Assembly (NCBI RefSeq): GCF_018350175.1
Contig: NC_058368.1
Span: 41,294,001 to 41,358,000 of the forward strand
Reading direction: 5' to 3'
DNA length: 64,000 nt
Source of the DNA: Felis catus
Taxonomy: Eukaryota
Part shown: positions 1 to 12,424 of the stretch, one piece after another
Position numbering within the stretch: position 1 is the first letter of the stretch
How the letters are laid out: every line of letters begins with the position of its first letter
The notes under the pieces: model-generated
The model's input: the letters and a program-made list of their open reading frames with translations, nothing else
Databases searched by the model: none
What the model was told of the DNA's origin: nothing
Made by a program: the position numbers and the translations under genes

Positions 1-865
1 AAATGAGCAGAGGATCTAATAAACTTTTCCCAAAGACACACAAATGGCCACCAGGCACAAGGAAAGATGCTCAGTATCATCTCAGATCATCAAAGAAATG
101 CAAATCAAAACCACAATGAGATACCACTTCACACCTGTCAGAATGGATATTAGCAAAAAGGCAAAAAATAACAAATGTTGGTAATGATGTGGAGAAAGGG
201 AATCCTTGTACACCGTAGGCAGAATGTAAATTGGTACAATCAGTGCAGAAAATAGTCTGGAGTTATCTCAAAAAATTTAAAATATAGCTGTCATATAATC
301 CACCAATGTCACTACTGGGTATTTATCTGAAGAAAACAAAATACAAATCTGAAAAGGTACATGCACCCTTATGTTTATTGCAGCATTATTTACGATAGCC
401 AAGAGAGGTCTATAACCTCAATGTCCATTGATGGACGAATGGATAAAGATGTGGTATATACATACATTGGAGCACTACTCAGCCATGAAAAAAGAATAAA
501 ATCTTGCCATTTGCAACAACATGGCTGGATCTTGAGAGTATTATGCTAAGTGAAATAAGTCAGACAGAGAAAAACAAGTACAATATTATTTCACTTATGT
601 GGAATCTAAATAAGAAAACAAATAAACAAACCAAACAAAACCAGCCAAAATGAAATTCATAGATAAACAAACTGGTGGTTATCAGAGGAGAAAAGGGGTT
701 GGGGGTGTGAGTGAAAGAGTGAAGGTGGTCAATTGTATGGTGATGAATGTTAACTAGACCTATTGTGGTAATCACTTTGTAGTGCATGTGAATATCAAAT
801 TATTATGTTGTACACCTGAAACTACTGTAATGTTAAATACCAATCTTACCTAAATAATAAAAAAG
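1..865 (+). mobile_element. LINE-1 3' fragment (ORF2 C-terminus and 3'UTR), older family, cut by window start
   Basis: Typical L1 3' motifs (atgcaaatcaaaaccacaatgagataccacttcacacctgtcagaatgg; cttgccatttgcaacaacatgg; ctaagtgaaataagtcagacagagaaa); ends in an A-rich tail at ~853-865; frame disrupted. Confidence 0.92.
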
Positions 866-1036
866 AACATATGGAAATTCACCATTATGTAAATATAATT
901 AGTTCTAAAACAACCCGCCACTATAAAATATTTGCAACATTCACCTTAATTCCATAGTAGAATGGTTAAATAATATGATTATAATTTTATCTACAAAATG
1001 CATCTAAAATAATATAAATATTTAAAACTATTTTAT

Positions 1037-1252
1037 GGGGTGCCTGGGTGGCTCAGTCTGTTAGGGGTCTGACTTCAACTCAGGTCATGATCTCGTGGTC
1101 CGTGAGTTCGAGCCCCGCGTCGGGCTCTGGGCTGATGGCTCAGAGCCTGGAGCCTGCTTCTGATTCTGTGTCTCCCTCTCTCTCTGCCCCTCCCCCATTC
1201 ATGCTCTGTCTCTCTCTGTCTCAAAAATAAACAAACGTTAAAAAAATTTTTT
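1037..1252 (+). mobile_element. Can-SINE (felid SINEC_Fc-type)
   Basis: ggggtgcctgggtggctcagt head, B-box-like gagttcgagcc, (CT)n, A-rich tail; 12-bp TSD aaactattttat at 1025-1036 and 1253-1264. Confidence 0.97.
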
Positions 1253-1299
1253 AAACTATTTTATTTACCTTATTTACAACAGAATTAGGTTATTTCACG

Positions 1300-1720
1300 A
1301 TGCATTCATTCTTTGAATACTTTAAGGATGTGTTAAGCTAACTTTTGTTTGTGTACCTATATGAGTTTGTAATTTGGGCCAAAACTTAATAGTGTATTGC
1401 ACTGTGATTGTTTCAGAGAACAATCACAAAGAGGCCATTTTTGCCAAAATATTTTAGAGTTTCATCAATTTTCCCAAGGAGTTTTCTCAATTCTTTGATA
1501 TTCAAATCATTCTTTTTTGAAGCACATATTCTATCATCATCCTTGCCAATATTTTTCTTCAATTTTAACCAGTCTAACTCTGCTACAACCTCATTTGTCA
1601 AAGGCTTTCTTTGCTTGTGAGTAAAGTAATTCTAACTTTACTTCATTGGCTTTATGAAATCATGCAGTTTTTTGCAACATTGCAATTTCACTTTGCATTA
1701 TACTGTATGGCTTTTTCGGA
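1300..1720 (-). mobile_element. Tigger/pogo-like DNA transposon relic (transposase C-terminal region)
   Basis: Minus-strand translation ...IMQSEIAMLQKTA*FHKANEVKLELLYSQ/PLTNEVVAELD...DLNIKELRKLLGKIDETLKYF resembles the Tigger 'ELL.SH..LTNE.L.EL' C-terminal region; contains a stop and a frameshift. Confidence 0.55.
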
Positions 1721-2434
1721 TCTATACTACATCCTAAAACCAAAAGGAAAATGACCAAAAGAGGTGTTGCTCAGTGTATTGGGATAAATATTGGGAAGCA
1801 GAAAAGGGACTTTGAGGTGGAAACTAGATAAATTAGTGGTATTAGTAAATAACATCATGTTATGACAACCTTTGATTTCTACCAGATTGTAGATAATGAC
1901 TATGTGAGTACTGGAGAATTTGTGTATCCCTGGAAATTTAAGTAGAAGTTTCACGTCAAAGTTCAATTTATCATATTTTTTTTTTTACTTTTCTAAAAAT
2001 GATAAAATCACCAATTGCATTTGAAAGAACTTCAACTGTGTCTTACAATGGCTAGTGTGTAAGGCATCTTTGCTTATCATGGAAATTTTGAAGACATCTA
2101 TGAAGTCTAATAGTTGAAACACTAATATAAATCATTCATGCATTTATACATTTACATACAATATTTCTGGAGAATGGACAAACCTCCTTTATTTGAATAC
2201 CAATCCTCAAGTGCTATTTATTATCCCACAGTATTAGCCCATTTTATTTCTAATTTTTCATTGTCAGAAAATACATCCTCACATTTGTTGCATATTTGAA
2301 AGCAGATGACCTAAACACATTCCTGTGTTGATTCTGGTTAACAATTCTGCACCTATGCAGACTAAGTCAAATTTCCATTTTATAAAACAATATTTTGTGT
2401 ATAAAAAGCCTACAATTTGATATACTTTAGGTGT

Positions 2435-2620
2435 TATCTGTTCCAGGCTAAAGTTCTTCAGTCTCTGGTATCATTCCTCATGACATCTTTATGCCCTAAT
2501 GTTACAAGGTCTGGATTCAATTTGGTTGTAGATGTCCATCTTAAAATGAGGTATCCAGAACCAATCAAGTCCGTTAAGAGACATCCCTCAAGGGTATAAA
2601 AGGCTTGGACTATTTTGTGA
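2435..2620 (-). mobile_element. CR1/L3 LINE relic
   Basis: ttccaggctaaagttcttcagt...cattcctcatgacat...gatgtccatcttaaaatgaggtatccagaac resembles the reverse strand of the L3/CR1 RT region; highly diverged. Confidence 0.5.
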
Positions 2621-3729
2621 TGGCTCTCTCAAAGAATAAAACATTCTTTTTTTCTAAAGTTTCTGCTTGTGCTAAAACTGACAAGTGGTGATCTATTACA
2701 ACCCTCTCTTAAGGTGACTTATGCCTCATGTCATTTCTCTTACCTCAAATCCTACTTGAGAAAAAGGAAAGTGTCTTTTTTGAAATGACTACATCTTATC
2801 TCTACTGCCACACGGTGTCTCTTTTTAATCGGGTTGTGTCTGTAAAACACTGAGGTACATTACACATATGTATTATGCAAGCACACTTTAAAAATTTCCC
2901 TAGCAACATCCAGTTATGAAGGAATGCTGATGCTCCCTCTAATTTCATTATATGAATTTAAATTTTTAAAATTTTATATGATTTATATACCCTAAAAAAT
3001 TCTCCATTCCTAAGACTGAATCACAATTTTCTCATATTTCCTAATTAAAAACTGATTTAAATATATTTTCTAGAAAAGAACAAGAATGATAACACACATA
3101 TTCTCTTAATTGACAAATTATTGGATTTGCTGATTTTTTGTTTGAAAATTTGCTTAGACCACTTGTTCCCAAAGAATAAAAAGAGGATAGAAATAAGGTA
3201 ATTATAATTACAAAAAAATCCTGGTTTTTGTAGTCAGCCCAGGAAACTCAATATCAATAATCAGAGTATATGAACTCACAGAATTTACATCCGAAAGCAG
3301 ATGAATAAAAATTGTCTTATTTGTAATAAATATTATAAAAAATAGAGAATATAAACATAAATAGAAAATAATGAAGTAGGGACCACTTTTATTATAATAT
3401 TCAAACATTTTTTTCACTAGGCAACAAATCAACTGACATCTAAACAGTGAGAAGCAGGTAGCCCAAGAAAGAGGCAGGATGCATATTCTAGAAATAAAAG
3501 ATAACATTTGTAAAACTATTTAATGTCAGCTTATGAGAAATGTGCCCTAGAAGACGTTGAGATATCTTCAAATTTCTGTGGAGAAGAAATCCAACAAAAT
3601 GGAATTCTAGACTCAGAAAAACTGTTATTCAAAACTGAAGACAAACAAAATAGTTTTATGTGAACTAAGTGAGAAGGTTTCCCACTCAAGGACATTGGAA
3701 AAATAATTCACACCTCTTCTTAGGAACAA

Positions 3730-4150
3730 GGTGAAATTCTGAATATACACATAGACAATGGCCAGACCATACATGAGAATGGAACTCTGACCCACAGACT
3801 GCAGCAACCATTTCAGGAGACCAAGTAACAACTTCTGGAACAATTTGCCCAGAATGGGCAGGACCTGGTTCCCAGCTACCAACTTCCCTGTATTTCCACC
3901 TCTACTTCTAACAAAATACAAAACAGATAAACCCACTTCTAGTTAGTCTTCTTCCAGCTTCCTCATGACAACAGTTTCCAAAGAGAGCACACTTGAAGTC
4001 TTCCTTTTTTTTCCTCAATATAAAGTTTGCCCACTTTTCTGCCTTTGAGTCTCTGCCAAAGCAAATGGTTGTAGGTCAACTCACCTCCTAGAGTAACCTC
4101 TGAATAATTAGTCTCTGCTTATCTCGACTATATGACTGTAGTTCATTTCC
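3730..4150 (+). mobile_element. ERV1-class solo LTR relic (family not resolved)
   Basis: gaactctgacccacagactgcagcaacc...; TATA-like tataaa at ~4019 followed by ctgcctttgagtctctgccaaa...ctctgaataa, as in MER4-group LTRs. Confidence 0.6.
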
Positions 4151-5621
4151 AGCAAAGAAATAGGAAATTTAACACAGACTGATGTCAAGAGATGAAAGAA
4201 GGAATGGTCAACAGAGACTGGTAAAGATATAGACAAAGTAAAATAGGTGTTGCTAATAGCACAGCAATCCAAAAAATTATATTAACTAATAGGATTTAGA
4301 AAAAAAGGCAGAACTAAAATTTAAGATGGTAATAATATAAATGGTTTAATGAGGTAAGCCACCCAAATGTCTTTATATTATTCTGTTTATATTTACATTT
4401 TGTTAAATCAAGTGTAAACTTGAACAATTTAAAAATTGTTATGTTTATGAAAAATTTGAGGGAAAAAGGGTAGACATTAAGAAAATGTAAACAATCCAAC
4501 AGGTAGCAGAAAAGGGTATAGATACAGATATAGATTTAACATGATGCTAGAAAATATAGGAGAAGACAAAAAGCTGAGGTAGTAAGAGGCTTCCTTTTTC
4601 CCTCTATTTTTCGTTCTCCTCTAAAGAATTTGCAATTTCTATTTGAACATCTGTCACAATTACTGTGGAAGTTACTACCCTTCCTTTTCACCATAAATAG
4701 TCATGTGAATTTATATTTTGCCACATATGCCCTTCATTCACAAGTAGATTTCATTTGAGCTTGACATGTACATGTGAGAGAGAACAATTACTACAATGTC
4801 CATTATTACATGGAGATGAGAGTACTAAGCTATATATAATTTCAAAAAATCCTGTAAGTATTTAAGTAACACAAATGGTAATCAGTAGACTACCTACTCG
4901 TTCTCAGGTAGATCTTAATTGCATTATCTAGCATTCTTTTCAGCATTATAGTTGCCTCCAGATTGACTGTCAATGAATCATGCATTTTTCTTGAAACAGA
5001 GGAGACTAAGAAATCTTGAGTATACTAGAAACTGAAAGAACGGTCTCTGTATTGAACACAAAGTGGCATTTTAACATTATTATTCAATTAGAAACTTCAT
5101 ATTAGCATTATGAAAGTCAATAGAGACAGAGTTGCCAGTGACATCCACCAGCATGTTAATCAGACATGATCTGATTGTCCCAAGCACTTCCTGCCCCTAT
5201 TGAACTTGATCCTTTGCCCAGGTGGAATTTAAAGAAAAGAATGCTGGAATAAGCACTACAAACCTTGCAAACTGCAAAGTGGATAATTCAATCTGGAGAC
5301 AACCTCTCAAAGTAATATTCTTTCATAGACAAGTGATGAGAATATTTCCATAGTTTAAGCATATTTTAAAATGTAATTTTATTTTCTGAACTTACAAATG
5401 CTCTACTTACTACAAATATATATTTTGCATTGTTTTTAAGAAGAAAAATATGTATTTTATTGTAATCTATTTTATCTGTCATAATTTCTTGAGAGATATA
5501 TAATTCTTAAAATATTGATTTGAAATAAGTTAATTCCAAGTTAATTTTTTAAAAATTGTTTACCTCTTTGCCTCCAAAATTATTAAGTTTAAACCTGCAA
5601 ATTCAGTAGTGCAGGACACCA

Positions 5622-6640
5622 ATTTTATTACTTATTTTTACTGAGGCATCATTGACATAACTACATAACTACAATATTATGTAGTTTCAAGTGCACAAGA
5701 AGTTATTTGAAATTTATATACATTGTGAAAAAGTCACCACAATAATTATAGTTGCAATCTGTCACCTTCCAGCTAATACAATATTATTGACTATATTTTC
5801 CATACTATACATTACACATCATGACTTATTTATTTTATAAATGGCAGCTTGTAATTCTTAATCCCCTTTACCCATACTGCCACTTTCCACAACCCATCCC
5901 CTTCTGGCAACCACATCTGTTTTCTGTGTCTATGTATATAGGTTTTGTTTGTCTGTTTTCATTTTAGATTTTACATGTAGGTGAAACCAATTAGTATTTG
6001 TGTTTCTCTGACTTATTTCACTTAGCATAATACCCTCAAGATCCATCCATGTTGTTGCAAATGACAAGATTTTATTCCTTTTTTGATTAAGCAGTATTCC
6101 ATCTTCTTGTATATATGTCACTTCTTATCCATTTATCCATCAATGGACACTTAGGCTTTTCCCTGCCTTGACTATTGTAAATTATATGCAATGAACTTAG
6201 CAGTGCCTATATATTTTCAAATGAGTGTTTTTGTTTTCTTTGGATAGATACTCAGTAGTGGAATTGCTGTATTATATGGTAGCTCTATCTTTAATCTTTT
6301 GAGGAACCTCCAGACTCTTTTCCATAGTAGCTGCACCAATTTACGTTTCCACCAACAGTGTACAAGGGCTTCCTTATCCGTTCATCCTCTTCCACACTTG
6401 TTTTGTTGCCTTTTCTAATAGCCATTCTGACCCATGTAAGGTGATATCTCATTATGGTTTTGATTTGCATTGTCCTAATGATTAGTGATATGGAACATCT
6501 TTTCATGTGCCTGTTGGCCGTTTATGTGTCTTCTTTGGAAAAATATCTATTAAATCCTGTGGCATTTTTTTTACATTGGATTTTCCTGTTATTGTTGAGT
6601 TTTATGAATTCTCAATGTATTTTAAATATGAACCCAATTA
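5622..6640 (-). mobile_element. LINE-1 3' fragment, older family
   Basis: Minus ORFs 'NKILSFATTWMDLEGIMLSEISQ' and '[29 protein letters not shown]' are L1 ORF2 C-terminal peptides; 3'UTR at ~5630-5930. Confidence 0.93.
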
Positions 6641-7284
6641 AGGACTCTATATAAGTGCCTAAGATTTGGTGGAGAGTACAGCCTCATAAGTAAGTTCCCC
6701 TTGCTAATTACACCTGCTACCTACCAGTTTGATGAAGTCTGCCTCTGGACTCTTCCTGCTTCCATGTACAGGGGTCACTTTCAGTTTATACTGGGAAAAT
6801 CCTGAGGCGGTTGTAAATCAACATCATGGAAATATTACACAGTAATGAAGAGGATACAGTTAGATTTTACCTTTATAGGTGTATTCTATGATTAAAAAAA
6901 ATCTAAAACATCATTGTTTTTAACAAATTTACTAAGATTGCACTATTAAATGATTTCAGCCATCTCACTCAGTGAACATGAGAAATAAAGATATATCCAC
7001 TTTTTGAGCATTCAGTTATAACATATCGTATATGATTATATTACTTTTCTAAAATGAATAAATATAAAACACATATTTGCTTCCTGCTTTTGGAAATTTA
7101 TTACTGTATCAGATTTATAGAGAACTATACTGATACATAATTAATTTCTCTATATAAGTTTCCAATTTTTAATAAAACAAAATATGAAGAAATATTTGCA
7201 ATTTTATTAGCTACACAATATTTTTCAATTACTCTATTGCAAAATGATTTTGTCCTTGGGTTTCCAAAGATGATAGGTCTACAC

Positions 7285-7391
7285 TTAAATGATCAGAAAT
7301 ATAAGATATAATATTATCTTATAATTAAGATATTATATATAATTATATATAATATAATATTATATTATATCTTATATTTCTGATCATTTAA
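7285..7391. repeat. Perfect 30-bp inverted repeat around an AT-rich palindromic spacer
   Basis: ttaaatgatcagaaatataagatataatat (7285-7314) is the exact reverse complement of 7362-7391. Confidence 0.95.
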
Positions 7392-7551
7392 CTGTATGAG
7401 TAGCTACATTAATATTTTAATTGACAATATGGGATATACTATGAAATATATTAACAATGAAAAAATATATGAAAATTTTATACATGCCAGTTTTCCATTG
7501 GTTATCATTCCTTCACAATTCTCCAGTGTTATTATATGTTTTCCAAAAATA

Positions 7552-7782
7552 TATTTTATTTTATTTTATTTTATTTTTTTACATTTATTCATTTTTGAGA
7601 CACAGAGAGAGAGCATGAGCAGGGGAGGGGCAGAGAAAGAGAGGGAGACACAGAATCTGAAGCAGGCTCCAGGCTCCAAGCTGTCAGCACAGAGCCTGAC
7701 GCAGGTCTTGAACTCACAAACTGCGAGATCATGACCTGAGCTGAAGTTGGGCGCCCAACCGACTGAGCCACCTAAGCACCCT
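7552..7782 (-). mobile_element. Can-SINE
   Basis: Reverse complement of SINEC head and body; (TTTTA)n tail at ~7552-7580. Confidence 0.95.
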
Positions 7783-8382
7783 CCCCAAAATAATTTTAAA
7801 GCACAGAAATTTATAATTGAAAATTTCCATAAAAATTACAAATTATTTTTGTTCTAAGTTTTCCACCAAATAGGAGTTGGTTAAAACAAGCAAAAGGCAA
7901 ATAAATTATCCCTATTGCAGTATAGGTGTGGTAAATATGTAGCTTAAAAATGATTTAAAAATTGTATTTGTGCTCAAGGAAATGTAAGGGACATCCCTCA
8001 TATTAAAACTGGGCCCTACTGAGATATATCTATGGACTTGGTTTTCACAGAGGCAATTATTTAGATACAGAGTCACTGATACCACCCATATTGCAAGTAA
8101 ATAAAGCAAAGAAACTTTCACTATACATCTTAACTCTACATTTTAAAACGGAATAAAATAGCTATAGTCACAATGATAAACATATTCAACTAAACAATAA
8201 GCAGGACTTTTGGAACATGTCATGAACTGATAGGTTATAATGTATACTTTATACAACTTGACATTTAGGATACTAACATATTGATGAGGGTGATGTAAAT
8301 GACTCAACAACTTTCACAGATTTAAAGTGGTCACTTGTTTTTTGTTAAAATACCTGTTTAGATTGAACAGTGGTCATTTTTT

Positions 8383-8416
8383 AATTTTGTATTAATTTAT
8401 TTTTTTTTTTAAGATT

Positions 8417-8455
<39 letters not shown>

Positions 8456-8748
8456 TTGAGTGGGAGAGAAAAAGCACACACAAGCTGGGGAGAGGCAGAA
8501 GGAGAGGGAGAGAGAGAATCTTAACTGACTGCCTAGTCAGTTACGTAAGCAGACATTCTGCACTGGGCATGTATGTCACAACCATGAGATCATGACCTGA
8601 ACCAATATCAAGAGTTGGATGCTTAACCGACTGAGGCACAAAGGCGCTCCTAAGATTTTATTTAAATAATCTCTACATTCAGTGTGGGGCTTACAACCCT
8701 GAGATCAAGACTCACATGCTCTATCAAATGAGCCAGCCAGACGCCCTT
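8383..8748 (-). mobile_element. Two tandem Can-SINE units: short tRNA-like monomer (~8651-8748) plus long SINE (~8400-8650)
   Basis: Two SINE heads (gggcgtctggctggctcattt; ggagcgcctttgtgcctcagtcggttaag); flanking direct repeat gtggtcatttttt at 8370-8382 and 8749-8761. Confidence 0.85.
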
Positions 8749-9169
8749 GTGGTCATTTTTTTTTTAATTAAAAGAAATTTGGAAGGTAAGTGTCCATTGT
8801 TGATAAAACTTTCCCTTTGCCTTTTGCAATTTTTAATTGGTCACAATAGTACCTCTTAAATTTATTAGCCAATGTCTAATTTTTTAAAACACACTTTTTC
8901 ACTTTTTCTAATTGTCTACTTTAGATTTCTTCCACAATTAAGGAAACTCTACATCCCCTATTAAAAATGGGGGAGTGCTATTCCTAACAGAACATAACAA
9001 AGAAATGTCAACTCTTTTCATTTAATAGCTATTGTTTCCACATAGATACACACACAAAACAGTGTGTGCTAAACAACAAAGACCAATATTCCTATAACAC
9101 TCTCAGTCCTTTTAATGTTTACTAAATAAGGACATAGGTGACATAATTTCCTTGCCTACAGGTCTTTAC

Positions 9170-9447
9170 CTCTTCCTCGGTCAATCTTCAGCTCCTTGGC
9201 TTGTAGGTACATAACCCCACTCTCTGGCTTCCTTGTCCCATGGTATTCTCCTTGTGTGTCTCTGTCTTCACATATTCTGCTTGTTACAAGCTAATGTCAT
9301 ATTACATTAAGAGTCCACTCTACTCAAATATAACTTTACTTTAAGTATTTACATCTGTCCTTTTCCAAATAAGGTCATGCTCTGACGTACTGGAGGTTAG
9401 GACTTCAACATACATTTCCTTGAGAGACAAAATTCAACCAATCAAAG
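9170..9447 (-). mobile_element. ERVL-MaLR LTR (MLT1A/B/C-like) fragment
   Basis: Reverse strand reads ttgaattttgtctctc...tatgttgaagtcctaacctccagtacgtcagagcatgaccttatttggaaa, the MLT1 5' motif. Confidence 0.85.
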
Positions 9448-10531
9448 ACAGACAGAACTCACCTATTGCAAGTGAAGAATGGATTATGTCAGGTAAAAAG
9501 AAAATATTAATAGTAAGTAAAAAAAATTATAACAATAAGCTTATGAACCAAGCTAGGTCTTAATATATGGATGAGATAGGCAGCAAAATTGCCTTAATGT
9601 GGAACCTTAATGCTGGATTCCTCCTGAAGAAAATCTGTGCAAAATCTGAGTTGCAACTGTGATGCTTGAGTCTTCAAAGGTAGGAGGCAGGCAATGCAAA
9701 CAATAAAGAAGAAAAATGCAGATCCTGTTCCACACAATTTATGGTGGTGAGAAGTAGAAAAGAGCACAGGAAAAAAAATCCAGCCAACTAATGATGATAA
9801 TCACAAAATATGATAAGTGTACCAAGAATGACCATAAACATTAAAAAGGCAGGATAGCAAGGATAGCACTGTCACTTTGTCCCATTATTCAAGAAATTGA
9901 ACATGCTCTGTGGAGCTTAGCTTTTCAAACTGACCAAGCTACACTGTAATTTCTTGGAAGCTTGCTTCAACCTTGTTCAGCTTTGCAAGACAATCTCCTT
10001 GGAGTCCCTATGTACATTCAACTTTGAGAAGTACTACTTTACTGCTTTGAGATGGATAAAGATTCCAATTTCTATACTGCTGCAAATTTTTTTAACTGAA
10101 ATGTATGTTTCTGCATCTGTAAAATGGTGATTTGAACTGGTTATCTCTAGGATAGTCAAACTAGGATAGTAACTGCACAAAAAACACATTTTCCTCCAAG
10201 TTTTCAACTTCATGCCAAAAAATTGTCCTTCCTGAAGCATATTATCATTTCTCAGCTAACCCAGAACAAGACATTTTCCTTGGAAAAGAAGTTGTGCTTT
10301 TTAATATGATTTATTGTATTAGTAAATAGAAAAGTCTGGATAGAATTTTCACTGAAGAGAATAGGTGAACCTCTGAAAAGATATGTCTTAACTTGAATTG
10401 TTGATGATTTATACTTATTATTACCAGTTATCCCACCATCTATTGTTCCCTAAAACAAGAGAGTTTCTAATTCAAGTTTAATCAGGCATTCAGTCATGTA
10501 CATAAGATTTCATTTAAAGTGGAGTTAGGAT

Positions 10532-10701
10532 GGGGTGCCTGAGTGGCTCAGTCAGTTAAGCGTCCAACTTCAACTCAGATCATGATCTCACAATTAATGG
10601 CTTCAAGCCCCGCGTTGGGCTCTGTGCTAATGGCTCAGAGCCTGGAGCCTGCTTTGGATTCTGTGTCTCCCTCTCTCTCTTGTGTGTCTCTCCCTGCTTA
10701 T

Positions 10702-10753
<52 letters not shown>

Positions 10754-10786
10754 AAAAATAAATAAACATTAAAAAAATAAAAAAAA
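10532..10786 (+). mobile_element. Can-SINE with expanded (CT)n
   Basis: SINEC head; long (CT)n at ~10704-10748; 13-bp TSD taaagtggagtta at 10515-10527 and 10787-10799. Confidence 0.97.
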
Positions 10787-10962
10787 TAAAGTGGAGTTAT
10801 AAATATTCTAGAGGTCAGTAAGAAAGTCAAAGTTCAGACCTGAATTCAAGCCCAAACTGTCAGTTATCCAAACAACAACAAAAAACAAAGTGGATAAGTT
10901 AGGCCAGAACCTAGATGTTTATTTTGGATATAATATAACAGACGAGAACACACACCAGAAAA

Positions 10963-11049
10963 TTCCTTCCTTCCTTCCTTCCTTCCTTCCTTCCTTCCTT
11001 CCTTCCTTCCTTCCTTCCATCCTTCCTTCCTCGATTCTTTCTTCTTTTC

Positions 11050-11097
<48 letters not shown>
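10963..11097. repeat. Compound microsatellite (TTCC)n + (ATCT)n
   Basis: (TTCC)n 10963-11030 and (ATCT)n 11057-11097 read directly. Confidence 0.98.
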
Positions 11098-11923
11098 CTC
11101 TGATTACAAATAAAATAGTTCTTCCTTAGAACCATCTGAAAGATTTCGTGTGCCTTGATGTTGATTCTATAAGGAAATTAAGCCTCCCTAGTCAGTTACA
11201 TTAGCAGGGATAACATATTCTATGTGCACAGTCTAGTCACACATTTCGTACCACGTCTTTCCAAGAAACCTGGTCAGTTGTAATTTTCTAAGGTTTACCA
11301 ATGATTGGACCTGCATAATCTGGATGTAAATTAGAGACTAGGAGTAACACTTAGGGTGATGAAGTTCCTGGTACTTATCTTCAGCAACAATGGAAAATGA
11401 TTGGTTGGTATGTTTATAAGCACAACAAGAGGGCTACCTTGAAATGATTTCATATCAATTGAGAAATGAATTCCATTTAGTTTAATAATGTAAGAAATGT
11501 AGACATTACACATAGAATCAGTCACTTCCATGTATTAGAATCGGGAAACATTCTGGAGAGAATGCTTATGTATTTGCTTAAACTATAATCTTAAAACTGC
11601 TAAAGCAGTCTGAATTATACTACACAGATTTCATAAACAGAGTATCTGTTGTTTAGATTTTTATTTCCTAGTGTATTTCTCACAATTCAGAAACTTCTTT
11701 AGACACAGGGTTTCCCACATCACTCATGTGCTTTGCTGATACCTATAGCAAAAGTACTGCCAAAAATGAGTGGGTGGATGAAGCATTATAAATATTATAG
11801 AACTTCAACATTGCTACAGGAGGGGAAAATAATATATATGTCCTTTCACTTCAGTGCTACCTGAAAGATTTTTCCTTACTCAAAAGATATTTTTTCCATA
11901 GCTCTTTTTGTTTGCCTCAAAAA

Positions 11924-12085
11924 CAGCGTTTCTCAAACTTCAAGCTTCCTATGTCTCACCTGGGACCTTGCCGAAATGGAGAACTGGATTTAGTAGATCT
12001 AGGGTGAGCCCTGTGGCCTGCATTTCCAACAAGCTCCTACGTGATACCAATGCTGCGCGTCCAAGGGCCATACTTGAAGCAGCAA
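11924..12085. mobile_element. MER5A/MER5A1-like hAT-Charlie MITE
   Basis: cagcgtttctcaaactt...tcacctggga...tgcatttccaacaagctcc...tgataccaatgctgc...ccatacttgaagcagcaa matches the MER5A layout. Confidence 0.8.
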
Positions 12086-12424
12086 AACTCTTAAGAGACC
12101 CTCTCTCCCAAACTTGCAGTGAAAACAACTGACTCCCAAACTTGCAGTGAAAACAACAACTCCAGTTTCTTCTGGAGATCTCACTGTGGAATAGAGTCAT
12201 CAGTGTGTTATTACATGGTCATTCCACATAGGATAGACAGAAAGATGTGCAGGATAAAGTGTCATATAGTGAAAAAGGAATGAGTTTTTGTTTGTTTGTT
12301 CATTTTTAATCAGACACCTTAAATTTGGTTGTAGTTTCCAACACTGAACTCATGTGACATTGAAAAAAATAACCTATCATTCTGAGGTTTCCTTCCATGT
12401 AAAATTGAGATTCTCATCCCATCT

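Noticed and set aside
1037..1115. tRNA genes suggested by A/B-box motifs
   Set aside because: These are tRNA-derived SINE heads followed by SINE body, (CT)n and A-tail; I found no stand-alone tRNA
1048..1230. Recurrent 'MAQSV...SLSQK' ORFs (also at 7589, 10543, 19087, 25666, 59391 and others) resembling a paralogous peptide family
   Set aside because: All are translations of Can-SINE bodies, mostly from GTG/TTG starts; not genes
10034..10240. 68-aa minus ORF with an apparent acceptor ccattttacag
   Set aside because: ccattttacagatgcagaaac is the MIR core motif; no protein similarity
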